In this document: piece after piece, positions 14,733-26,866 of the stretch
Layout of the letters: each line of letters starts with the position of its first letter
Numbering within the stretch: the stretch's first letter is position 1
DNA from: Trichoplax adhaerens
Taxonomy: Eukaryota > Animalia > Placozoa
Direction: 5' to 3'
Length of the DNA stretch: 64,000 nucleotides
Assembly (NCBI RefSeq): GCF_000150275.1
Contig: NW_002060950.1
Span: 2,840,106-2,904,105 of the forward strand
Program-made: the position numbers and the translations under genes
Notes under the pieces: model-generated
The model's input: the letters and a program-made list of their open reading frames with translations, nothing else
What the model was told of the DNA's origin: nothing
The model's database searches: none

Positions 14733-15960
14733 TGACAGCAACATAATTATACCAATTGAATTAACTTCGCAAGACATCACTTTCACCTTCAATCAAACTA
14801 AACCATTAATTAAAATCCATCCGATTGAACTGACCAACGAGAAACATAATTCTCTCAATCTTAAGGTTGTAGACTTTGATGCTATAATTCAAGCAAGAAA
14901 GGTCTAATATAAAGCATATCTGATTGCTTCCTTTATCATCACCTGGTGCTAGAGCGAGATGCACGTATTTAGGTATAAATTTCACTTCATCGCAAAAAAG
15001 CGACTGTAATCACTGTTAAATTGTGATAAAGTAAAAACAATTAATTTGATGGATGATGTAATCATGAGATACAGCAGTTACTGCACTTTTAATTATAATA
15101 CTGTGATAACATGTATACCTATAAAACGTATCCGTAAATCACCACTTAATGTTTAGTATTTATTGTTGTCAATTTATTTATTACCACGACAATTTTTGTT
15201 CATTAGAAGAAGCTGGCTTATGAGAGAGCGATATTGATCAGTATGCAATAACTTTTGAATTTTATGGAAAGAATTGGGTTTAATCACAACGTTATTTCAG
15301 AGAATATTTGATTTCTGATATATAATATTTTACAAATATGATATTGTTACTACAATTTTAGCCCTAAAATTACGTTAATACATTACAGGTAATGTAACGG
15401 ATAGTACGGTATGGATGTGAAATATAAATACATAACACATATATGTATATATGTCTCTTTCTATATATGTACTGGTATTTAAGACAAAATGTATAGATTC
15501 CAACTGCTATATTGCAAAGCCTACAAATTCATAGGACATTTTCAACGATGCATAAAATATTTTGAATTATTCATTACGAAAATTTATTTCTATTAGAAAT
15601 CAATTACGTATTAACCTCATTGTCTATTATATTAATTTTAACGCAATGTTTTGGTTCAAACCTTATCGGTTAAAAGTAATCTATTTAATTATTGATAATG
15701 TCTACTACAATATTATTGCGTATCTTGGATAGCCTTGTCTATAAAGACGAGCTCTGACACAAGAAAGGTGTCTATTTACTGAAAGTATAAGCTCTTTATT
15801 AACATATTGATTAAGCTTTTTCAAGTATTTCATACATTCCTAACGCAATTATAAAAGAAAATTTCATATTAATGACGATATGCCGGTAGCTTTTGAAGCT
15901 TGAGCCGCACGGAAGTGTTAAGTGGAAGGTATTTAAATACCAGTATGACTTAAGCACAAC

Positions 15961-18900
15961 CTATAACTTGTACTTCTTTCTTTTTTTTCTTGTTTTACAG
16001 TCCCTAATATTATCACCCTTGATGCTATTGCTTCCCATCCTAGAATATAAAAATTAATTTCAAAAATTAAGTACTTACAAGCACAGGCTGCAAAGCACTC
16101 TGCAGTAAATAGGTCGTAGCGTTATATTAATGTGGTAAAAGAAATGTAAATCATCTTATTCTTATCAAGTCGCAAACATTGCAGTGTACTTTCGCTTGGG
16201 TTGTCTTGATTTTACTGAACAATTACGATGTTTATGGTCGTATTGGCCACAAATGTAGCAACCACTTCCTTGCTCAGAGCTTGAAATCAAATAGGTAATA
16301 AATATTATTAATTATTAGTTCAATGTTCAGGACAATCTTCAGCATATCTAAATAAAAGGACATGAGATTACACCAAAAAAATAGCACGTTGTGATAAATA
16401 TTTACGTGGTTTTGCATTGATGATCTTTAGGGAGACACATTTTGCATATTTGGCAATGTACTCTTCCTGTGAATTTTGCGTTTTGCGTAAATAGATAGTA
16501 TTAGAATATTAATCTTAAATTCCTAGTATTTTCATAATCTTAGTGAATAAACTTTCACTGATCTCAAAGAGCTAAAGTTTAAAACCAATCTTAGTAGTTA
16601 CCTGGTTTAACACATTTTTTACACTCATCGCAATGGATGTAGGTTCTACCATCCTTAATATACATTAAGATCAATGATTAAGAATTTTGATTTTACATGA
16701 TTGTTAAGAAACAATCTCGCATTGCCAATATAACATTGCATAGTACCTTTGAAGGACAATTGTTGCATTTGTAGCAATGAATATTTTCTCTAGCTACATA
16801 TCGATCACAACTGTGACAAAATCGATAACCCTCTTCTTTAGGTAACGTTATCTTAGATGGCTTTATGTTAGTAAAAAGTCGTACTGGAGATTGCCTCTTT
16901 GATGCTTTGAGCTTGTCCGTATTTCTTCTATTGTTATATATCGGGTGATTATCATAATCAACTTTATAATCACTCATGTGGAATCCGCGAAGACATTGAT
17001 ATACATGATTTTCCAGAAAATATGGAAAAACTAATATTGTTGGCATTTCTTCCCCTAATTATAGAACAATAAGTATGAGTTAATAAAGGCTGCACTCATT
17101 TCAAAATTCCTTACCTAATAGTTAATAAATAAACTGTAGAAAAGGATTTTTACAGTAACTGCTATAGTTACGATGTTACTATCACGTAATGGAAGCGAAA
17201 TAACTGCCGTTGAGTCGAAGTAATAAAATTAGAAATATTACGTTATCATAAAAGTTATTACTGTATATCGATTCGATTTACAACAGAATTCTACTTAGCT
17301 AATATTTGACTAACTTAAACCTAAACGGAGCAATTTTTGTAAACTTTCAGCAATAACTTGCAGTAAGCCACCGAAAGGAGGATCGATAAGGATGATTCCC
17401 TTCTTATTTTCGTTTTTCTGCATAAAATCCACATAAATTTGCTGACTAGTTTCACCATCAAAGAAATAATTATTAAACATATTATAACGGCAGTAACTCC
17501 AATTCGGATAAAATTGAGCCTAAAAATTAAAAGCAAAAGGCAGTAAATTATTAATTACATTGTTATATAATCCGAAGAGATTTAGATTACGGTATTTCCG
17601 TTAGTTAATACAACTTTGAATTTGCTCGTTTAGCAACAATTTTTGATCTTTTCTGTGTTGCTTACGTAGCGATGATCAATATCCAAGAGGATACTTTGGA
17701 TGCTTTCTTTGCCACCAGGGCTACGTTGTAACTGAAGGAATTCATGAATTCTAATGAAGCATCAAATAAGGCTTATTTGAGTCCCATTTAAATCTCTTGC
17801 TTCTCTCATACTTTCATACTACACATAGGCTACTATTACATTCGAAATATTCTCAACCTAGACGTAAAAGTAGCTTACCTTGGAAGACCTATACATATGA
17901 CGTAGTCTATTGCAAGTTCATTTAAGAGATTGTGAAAGAAGTTACAGGTTTTGTCAGAAAATAAGTATTGCTAAATTAAGTATGAAAACAAAATCAGTTT
18001 TGAGAAATTTCCCGATGGTTTGAGCGACCTGCTGTAAATTGCAATAATAATAAGTTTTATAGCTACGAATTGGGCATCGGTAATACGATCAAAGCGTCTC
18101 TGCATAGGTATAATTACGAGCGTAATTAATAATATAATAGGCGTGCCCTTAGTTCAATATATATAACATATCTATATCATGTACATATATATTAATATAA
18201 ATGTTGAAATTTACAGCGTTGGTTTTGTTGCGTATTAAAGGTTTCAAAATTGTCGTCGGACGATCCAATCGACTAGCATCAATACCACGGGTAACATCAT
18301 GCTTATCATGATCGGTAATTTCTGATAGGAATAGTAGTAATTCACAATTGTGACAGTAATTTCGTTGAATGTCCTCTTTAGCAGCTTTCAGCTCAACTAA
18401 TCGTTGAGCTAACTGCTTCCTAGGCAATATATTCGGCTGCAAAGATAGATTAATTTGCTGTCTCATCCGTAATTTATCATCGCTAACGTCTTCATCGGCC
18501 CATTGAAAAAAGGAACAGTCTTTACGATCTCGGCATGCTGAGCAAGCGAAAAATCGGCGAGATGTCTTGTGTGATTTGTAAAATCGTTCAAATAGCAAAG
18601 TTGGACCTGCAAAGTGTAGAAACAAGAGAAATAAAGGATTGAGATATTATACAGTATTGTAAATTGGCAACGAATATCAGATAATAGTAACATTTCAATT
18701 TGTAACATTGACCAAAGGCGTTTGAAGAGATATGCATAAACTGTGCGTTCTCCATGGATCCTATATCTAGATAATGGATTATAAGAAAGAAGTACGCGTA
18801 ATACAGTAGTGTCTCTTTTGCAGCTTTATACGAGGATTCCATCCAACGACGTTAGATAGATATGCATGTTTATTTACTTCATGAATATGGTCTTATGAGT

Positions 18901-19244
18901 TTCCAATAAGGTTGAAAGCAATGCATTGATCGTACGACTACGTAGCCTCAATAAGGGTTAAACTCTCTCAATTAATAAGATCACTCAACATCAATCAATA
19001 AATAATATTGTACATACTCGACTTCACTGTCAAAACGGAGAGCATAACAACTGCTACGTAGGCAACTTGGTTCAACTGCCATTGATAAATTGCATGATTT
19101 AATCAGAGCTTGAACAGGCTTGGTATGCTCGTAAATCTCTATACGGAGTGACTTACCATGGGGACAATATGGCGAGGGCTTATTTTTCATTTCATCCAGG
19201 CAAACATCGACGGAGCCACCTAATGAACGATCGGCTAGGGACAT
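15961..19244 (-). CDS. ZCCHC4: ZCCHC4 28S rRNA N6-adenosine methyltransferase (about 10 exons)
   Basis: The spliced product contains CPHG|PTLLFER..RRFFACSACRDRKDCSFFQW, the SAM-binding segment VICIGLPRIHE..LLDIDHRY and the catalytic IDPPFGG (exon ~17322-17519). It continues FPYFLE..YKVDYDNHP..RQSPVRLFTNI, then Cys/His clusters and a CCHC knuckle CYICGQYDHKHRNC (~16195-16280), ending in a basic tail RKKRKKYKL*. The last exon boundary is less certain. Confidence 0.93.
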
Positions 19245-19924
19245 TTTTGGGGAACCTGCAACGATTCTTTAACTTCCTCGCATAAGAGTTTGCAGCTGCA
19301 GAAGTTGAAGGCTGCAATAAGAATAATACTGGACTGTACAATATGCAGTACTAAAGGCATTGTGTATGATCGTGGACTGATGAACCAGTACGAATGAATG
19401 ATGTCATAGAGTATTAAAGCGATCAGTTTACGGACGTCTGACAGAAACCCAAATCGTGTTTTGAGAGATTTCTCTTCATAATCTGGCAAGGAGCTTGACG
19501 AAAGCTTGTAGAAATGTAGATCAATAAATGATGATAATAATAACGATGATGATTTATAATCAATGATAACGCAGGAAATCGCTGGTTCCAAAGGTCAACT
19601 GTTGATACAAGTTAAGTTAGCTGGCACTACCAGGAGTCTAGGCTTTAAAGGGTGCTAAGTGGTCTTTTTAGACAGTATCATTCCAGGTGATATACTCGTA
19701 GATGATTCAAATGATTCATGCAAACTGTCGTTTTCTTTTAATACACCTTGGTGTAGAGTAGAGCAAGTGTTAGGCATCGATGATAGTCGAAAGTTTCATC
19801 TGTAAACTAGGAAGTAAAATCCACGTCATTTGCCGCTCGAGTTGCAGCTTCTTCAGGTTTGGGTAATAACGATATCTCGTAGTTGCTGGATCAGCAATTT
19901 TACTTTGCAAAAAGGTATCCGGAA

Positions 19925-20989
19925 ATGAAGTATAAGCAGATATTATCAATATACCTCATAATATTGGTCTGGTTATCGTCACCATATTATCAGATAAATG
20001 CAATGACGAACTGTGCAGTAATAAAGTGGACTTTTGCAATGAGTGGTATCCTTTTTGGTGGATTAAATATTTGTATTAAGATGGTGCTAGATTCAACAGT
20101 GTGCTTGTCGCATGAATGTTGTACGGATCGTGCTCGATATCACTATTTAACAAATACCATGATAGAATCTCTACGGCGTGACATTTTTGGTCAAGAATTA
20201 GCCGTACAAACTATGGGTAACATCTTCAAACGCTATCAGATGAGTCAGAATAGCTTCAAAAATAATAAAATCTTTCTATTTCACGGCGATATTGGTACTG
20301 GTAAAAGTTACGCTGCATCGCTTTTAGCCCATCATTTATTTCCACTAGGTATTCATAGTAGACTGGTTATGAATTTCGATCTAGTAAACATACTAGACGA
20401 TAAAAATAACGACATATTTCAAGCCAATCAATGGTTAACAAATCAAATTCTGAAATTGAGTCGGCTCTGCTACGCTGGTGTAATTATTCTTGAACGATGG
20501 GATGAAGTTAATCTTTGTCAGTTTAATGTAATCGATTCAATTGTTGGAAATCGAATAGGCGATCCCAATCAAATGAAATTTCGGCGTATGACATTTATAT
20601 TTATTTCTACCATGGGCAGTGCAGAAATCAACAACGCTACCATTGCTGCCTATAGCAACAATCTACTTCGGGGCGATTTTCAAGATCGACAAATTTATCA
20701 TCAAATTGCTGCATTGATAACAGATAAAGTTCCACAATTTGCTAGTATTGATAGCTTAATTAACATTATTGTGCCTTTTCTACCCTTGCAAAGAATTCAT
20801 ATCAAGCAGTGCGCATTACATGCAATATCAACAACTACTGAAGTACTCGTAAATCAAGATAGGAAAGCTCAACTAGCTGAACATATTGCTAATTCTGTAT
20901 CATATCATACTATAAGTAAATTCCAGTTTGCAAAATGGGGATGTAAAAGAGTTTATGATATCTTGAATGCTGCATTATCGGTAGAGTAG
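19925..20989 (+). CDS. Torsin-family ER-lumenal AAA+ protein, intronless and divergent
   Basis: ATG at 19925 is followed by a hydrophobic signal/anchor. Torsin-like motifs: ECC, IFGQELA, Walker A GDIGTGKS, IFISTMG, VPFLPL.R.HIKQC and the C-terminal sensor-II GCKRV. The ORF-track start at 19883 is a TTG. Confidence 0.88.
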   Translation: MKYKQILSIYLIILVWLSSPYYQINAMTNCAVIKWTFAMSGILFGGLNICIKMVLDSTVCLSHECCTDRARYHYLTNTMIESLRRDIFGQELAVQTMGNIFKRYQMSQNSFKNNKIFLFHGDIGTGKSYAASLLAHHLFPLGIHSRLVMNFDLVNILDDKNNDIFQANQWLTNQILKLSRLCYAGVIILERWDEVNLCQFNVIDSIVGNRIGDPNQMKFRRMTFIFISTMGSAEINNATIAAYSNNLLRGDFQDRQIYHQIAALITDKVPQFASIDSLINIIVPFLPLQRIHIKQCALHAISTTTEVLVNQDRKAQLAEHIANSVSYHTISKFQFAKWGCKRVYDILNAALSVE

Positions 20990-22585
20990 TGAGGGAGATA
21001 TCGCTAGCCATTTCCTTTTGTAATTGCTTGTAATGATAGAATTGATAAAATGTCTTTAAAACTTCCAATCCTGACTGAATTATTTATATTGAATGCATAT
21101 ATATGTATAGTATATTGTATTGTTAAAACTACAACAAGGCTTATTCCAGCAAAGGATACTTTGCTAAGGAACGTTGATAGTCTGCATATGATAAATGTGG
21201 TGTACTGTACATAAATTTTGGAGCCGTTACTGACGTTAGTGATTTCAAACTTGATGGAATGGCACTTTCCGTATGAAATGGTTGCATTCTTTTTGAAATA
21301 GAATGGAGAAATTATACCAAATCCCGTTCAATTGCCTTCATCGTTACTAGACTGTAACAATGCAAGAATACCTGTCTTCAAAGATGGCCGAGTCTAGCCA
21401 ACACACAGTCTATAACTTATGTATATTTGAATATACTTTACTGTACATCAATTCGTCAATGTCCTTGTCCTCTAACAGGATATACTCGTAAAATAATAAA
21501 ATATAATAAGAATAGATAAATTCAATTAGATGTAGTATCTCGTATGTACCTATACTCGTATATATATATATTTCGTAACCTATATATATATAACTTGACT
21601 AAAATCGCGTAAGATAAAATCCGGTAAACTAAAGTGATACCGGGGAATTATGATATGAACTAGTCGATCTGTCGCTCGCTATAGAATTCATGTACTTTTT
21701 ACTTTAAATAAATTATATTACTACCATTTCATACTGAGCATATTATATGCATATGACATTCTACTGTATATACACTAATGTACGCGTGTTATTATTTATG
21801 GAGTATTCTGATCAGTAGAACTTGTAGCTGATAAACACTGGGTAGCTGCGTCTTCTACTTTTATGAAAATAACTCGTGGAGACCCGATCGCGTCTCTACG
21901 AGTTGTACGCTATTACAATTATTGAATACTATGATATTTTTAGAACTTGCACAGTAGAGTTGGGCAATTCAGAATGTTTATTCCTTGAATATCATTTCCA
22001 TAGTCTTATTGGTTATTGCAGCTGACTTGATTAAATAAAAAAACCCTTCATTCTATGACCTCTACCTAGAAGATTTGCTGTATCAATTCCTCTCTACTGT
22101 AAGCTATTTTACTCTAGTTCAGATAGAATTTTACACATGTTGAAATGTATTATTCATAAGAATACTATGGCATAATCAATGCCTTTGGTGTGCCTAAATA
22201 CGAGATTTTTATAGCCAATTATTTACTTAATTAACTAGTACACCAATTCATAACCAAATGCGTAAACCATTCCAGCGGTTGTAGTGCAGCCTGCAAATTA
22301 GCTTCTACAGTATATCATGCACCGCATGAGAATCGAGTGTCCGCATTGATTCCAGTTTGCATCTATCGTTGGCTGCTTGGTTTGGCTTCGACGAGTGGCC
22401 CAGCACATTTAAGGAAGCAAATAGAGTAAAAAGACAAGGCTTTTTTACCTCGATGGCAGACCATCAATTTTGTTTCTTGTTTTGCCATCTAAGATTAAAA
22501 TAATAATATAGTATTGCCGATGTAACGGTACGGACTACGGACTGACATTGAACTGGGAGTCACCATACGACTATGGGCGACCGTA

Positions 22586-22715
22586 TACGCATGCGTAAAC
22601 CGAACTCTAAAATGATTGGTCGAGCGGCAAATTTAAATCTGGACAGTCCTTATAGTGCCGATTGCGATCTTGAGGTCTTTAGAGGTCTTTCACCTGAATG
22701 ATTGGTACTGATTGG
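22586..22715 (+). promoter_or_regulatory. Putative Rhotekin promoter: NRF1-like palindrome, three inverted CCAAT boxes and a CHR-like TTTAAA
   Basis: TACGCATGCGTA palindrome at 22586-22597; ATTGG at 22615, 22701 and 22711; TTTAAA at 22632. These lie in a locally GC-richer stretch upstream of the putative 5'UTR exon. Confidence 0.4.
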
Positions 22716-22809
22716 GTCTGATTTGCTATCGATCGAGTGGTTGTAGAGTGTTGACAACTGAAGGCGTAGCATCGCGGAAAAGTGGAAGGATTCTGCTTGG
22801 CTCTAGACT

Positions 22810-23092
22810 ACTTGCTACTTATATGAAGTTACCTGTTGGAAAATAGAAGAAATCAAAGGGAAATACAACTGGAAAATTATATCTCCAAGAAGAATAGCTT
22901 GTAAAGGAGCTAGGATTCGATTCATCTGTTTACGGTAAGCTAGAATACTTGGTGCTTGACTAATTGCTACGTGGATGAAGTTGCCTGTTGGAAAACAGAA
23001 GAAATTAAAGGGAAATACAACTGGAAAATTATATCTCCAAGAAGAATAGCTTGTATAGGGATTCGATTCATCTGCTCACGGTAAGCTAGAAT
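22810..23092 (+). repeat. Tandem duplication of about 150 bp, each copy ending in a 5' splice-donor motif (CG|GTAAGC)
   Basis: ATGAAGTT(A/G)CCTGTTGGAAAA..GGGAAATACAACTGGAAAATTATATCTCCAAGAAGAATAGCTTGTA..GGATTCGATTCATCTG..CGGTAAGCTAGAAT occurs twice. Confidence 0.9.
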
Positions 23093-23545
23093 TGCTCTAG
23101 GTCAAGCCAAGCACACGGCGTACGAATATTGTACTCGTATGACTTATTTCAAGACTAGTCACAGATAGAGAATTAGTAGTGTACGTAATCGTATTTCTTA
23201 CTATCTAGAACAGTAGTCTTGATGCACATAAGAGTTCAATATTGTTAGTGTACAGGTAGCTTACAATATCAAAATCACCAAGTTTGTTGATGTAATCATA
23301 CTATAAAATCTTTTGCATACTGCATTGCCATTAATAGAGATTGTCTGAATTAGAGATAGATAGAGTTTAGCAGCCTAGTGTTATGATCAATTAAATCGTT
23401 ATTATGAAATCAACAAATAAATTTCCAGGAATGTTAATGCCGGAGAATTTGAAGCAATTCAATGCTACTTTAATAATACAAAATTGAAAAACCTTATAGC
23501 ACATTAATTAAAAATAAGTATTGGTATTTTTGTGTAGGAAGACAT

Positions 23546-26500
23546 ATGGAATCAACTGCAAATCGTTATTCACAACAGCGACGCTATGTAGATAGCGATC
23601 GAGATATGATTTCAGCAGCTATTAAGAACAAAGCTAAAATGCAAGAAGGCAGGACACAATCAAATTATTTAGTACGTTCTAGGGTATGAATACCAGACTT
23701 TATGTTATACACTTAATGTGAACACTTTAGTACATTAACTAGCATGCAGCAGCAAAATAGGTCGAGTATTTTCTCTTAAAAAATTTATAATCATGACATT
23801 GTAAGTTCATAAAATAGCTCTAGTGAATATTATAATACTGTTAAGGCATCATTTGTAATTCTTGCTGAATTGGTTGTACACAATCATATTTTGTTTATGC
23901 TACTTTTTGCCCTGTAAAACTACTATATTAGGCATCTTATTCATGCATTCATTATAAAATGTACGCATCTATAGGAAGACAAAAGTCTACAATCTAACAT
24001 CGATCATGAAATTACTATGAGGGATGGTATCAATAAGTTTCTTGCTGCAACTCAGTTAAATACTAAGCAAGCATTAGGAGCTAGTAAAAACCTTATCACC
24101 TGCAACACACGAATTATGACGTGGATGTCAATGCTACAAAAGCAGCACGAAGTCTGCTGTCGACAAGAGTATAATAAGAAACCATCAAAACAAGATAACG
24201 AATGGTACGTAAAGTATGCTGTATTGCCATATACGTAGTAGACTAAACCGAATGCCTTTATTCATTCGTTTTAGCGTTACTGCACTGTAGTAAATAACAT
24301 GAAATTATTATAAGCACGTGTTCATACTTTGCAATTGATTAGAAATATAATTATGGCTGCATCTTTTTATTCAATATTGAAATATCAGGGCCTTTGAACC
24401 ATGCAAAAGTAAATTGAGCTTATCAGGTAACAACTAACTACATTATGATTTGCTGGCGTAAATAAATGAAATTATTCTATTTCATTATATTGTGACACTA
24501 TTGGCGATTTGTCGCTTAAAGAAAATAATGATTGCATTGAGATTAGCTGGGGGAATATATCTTAACTAACGCTGACTCATTATTCTTTAATTTTCAACTC
24601 GAAATCATTAATGCCTAGAAATCAAGATTCCTCTGCAATGGAAAAATGTAGATGTTACTACATTGAATAAAGAAAATATTGGTATGAGATGCTTCGAAGC
24701 ATTAGTGATCGTTACTTCACCGCAAGGACTAAAATTCACTTTGTTCCGTTACAGAAAATCGCACTTATAGCTTATTTTGTGTATTGAAACTGGGCTCAGA
24801 AGTACTAGATACTGGTCTTATATATGATATCGATAAAGCCTTGAAGATAGTCACCTTTGATGATGTCATTACTTTGTGAGTTAGCTGATTTGTTGTACAA
24901 ATTGTTTCGTTGACATACATTGAGTATACTGGGAAACTTACTGAAATAGAATCATAGCTTCCTTGATTAATAATATTAACTTCATATATAATTTATTGTG
25001 TACGCGAATATGTTAGTAACAGCGAAGTAGACAGCAAATTTATATTGGAAATTCAAGTTTACTGTGCGATTAGTTCAACCGATAGTCACCTTAAAGGCAA
25101 TCAGCATAAGTCTAATCGACGAAAGTTTGGCAAATCGGTAGTAGCACGGAAAATTGTTATTTGATTTTCCCTCTTAATTAAAATTCTTTATGCCAATATT
25201 GGATGGGAAATATAATAATAGCTATTTTTGTTAATGTTTTGAACAGGACAAGGATGACGCCAATTCCCAGCTGAGGTAGGCAACATTATGGTTTGGATTG
25301 TGTTATTCTAGCTTTGTCAAGGAATAGAAGTGATATAGCTAAAACTATACAATTTTTCTTGTTATGTAATAGTTCCAACAGCTACAAATATTACGTTATT
25401 GGTCATGCTTACCTAAATCAGTCGAATGCTTCTAAGGAACCTCAAACACATATTCTGTACGAAGGTGCACCATCTGGCCTATCAGCTTCTTCTACATCAG
25501 CTTCAGCTCCATTTGATTTACCCACAACTGGTGCATTCTCCTGTCGTTTGTACATTAAGCCAAATTGCTCTGGCGAAGAAATAATTAAAGATTATATTAA
25601 CGTCCAGGTTAGAGTACAACTTATAAGGTAGTTTACATTCACTACTCTTTAAAATTAGAGTCTATTGTATGTCTTAAGGTTATTAATCAAATAATTAAAC
25701 CCCAGAGTCGATTTGGAAAGTGGATAATACCTTCCTAGTGTCATTTCTAAATTAATTTTTAGCAGGCTTATTTTACAACATGATATGTAGTGTACAACAA
25801 TTGGTATCAATGAAATTCTTTTCTTGTAGTTAACAGTTGAAGGTATGCCTGCCTGGATTAGATTCTGGTGTTGTTTGCGTCAAATATACATTTATGGATG
25901 GATGTTTTCTGAAGATGAAGAAAAAAATCAGCCAACAAAAGTGGCATTTGAATTAACGAAAGTATGATTTTATGATACTGTAATTTGATAGACCATGTCC
26001 GCTTTACATTTTTATGCTGGAAGGGTGGATATTCACCAAAATGCTCATTTGACTTTCTATAGGATAGCAAAATAGAACGTGCACCTCGATTAAGAATGAG
26101 AAGGCTCAACTCCTTGTTACTATCGAATGTGTTATGGAATGGTAAATTAGAAGAAGTATTTTTATCTGCTGAATCAAAAGATGATCGAGATAGATGGATG
26201 GAAGCAATCAGTCAAGCAATTGCAAATATCAAAGCTTGGGGCGATCATTGTCGCAGTACGGAAAAAATTGTTCAGCCTACTCATCAAAGTAAATTATTTA
26301 AGTCTATCAGGAGCTATGGTGATATTACATCCAGTGCAGAAAAGCAAGAAATTGATTCATGTGATAGTAATATAAAGCGTGACAGTGCAAATTCAGTCAA
26401 TGATCCTGCTAAAAAGCTAGAAGCACCTCCAAGAAAAACTAGAGTACGCGTTCGTCAACATGTTAGCGTGGAAGTTATTCGTGATGATATGCCAGAAAGT

Positions 26501-26866
26501 GGCATTGAGCGTGCTGTTGGTCGCCCTCGAGAAGAATGCCGCGGTGATGTAAGGACATCAAATGTGAGAACTCGTCGGCCAATTACTACGAGAAACGATG
26601 GATCATATTCGGATAGTCAACACCGTAGAAGAATCATTTCTGAGAAAAAAGAATATAGGGAAGTCCATCTAGCTTCTCATGGTTGCCATCAAAAGCGCTC
26701 ATTCGATGAATGTTCGTCTCCCCGGAGAATAGTTGCATCTCCACGTTATGATGCTAAAGTTAATGCGGATGACAAACGACCTAGATTAATTGTACCGAAA
26801 GGAACACCTAGAAAGTACCATGCCGTACCACCTAAAGCATCTTTAAGTGAACTGGAGAATATTTAG
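23546..26866 (+). CDS. RTKN: Rhotekin (Rho effector): HR1/Rho-binding domain, anillin-homology domain, PH domain and low-complexity tail; about 10 exons
   Basis: Exon ~23975-24204 encodes IDHEITMRDGINKFLAA..QALGASKNLITCNTRIMTWMSMLQ, matching the rhotekin RBD. AH segments PCKSKLSLSEIKIPLQWK and YSLFCVLKLGSEVLDT..TFDDVITF follow. The PH domain reads WIRFWCCL..VFLSAESKDDRDRWMEAI. The last exon is ~26063-26866. Confidence 0.88.

Noticed and set aside
19235-19591. 118-aa minus-strand ORF overlapping the ZCCHC4 start
   Set aside because: Non-ATG start, different frame and no motif; lies in the presumed promoter/UTR.
21220-21400. Chromodomain-like fragment (V*NGCILFEIEWRNY) downstream of Torsin
   Set aside because: Too short, contains a stop and lacks supporting exons; not distinguishable from chance.
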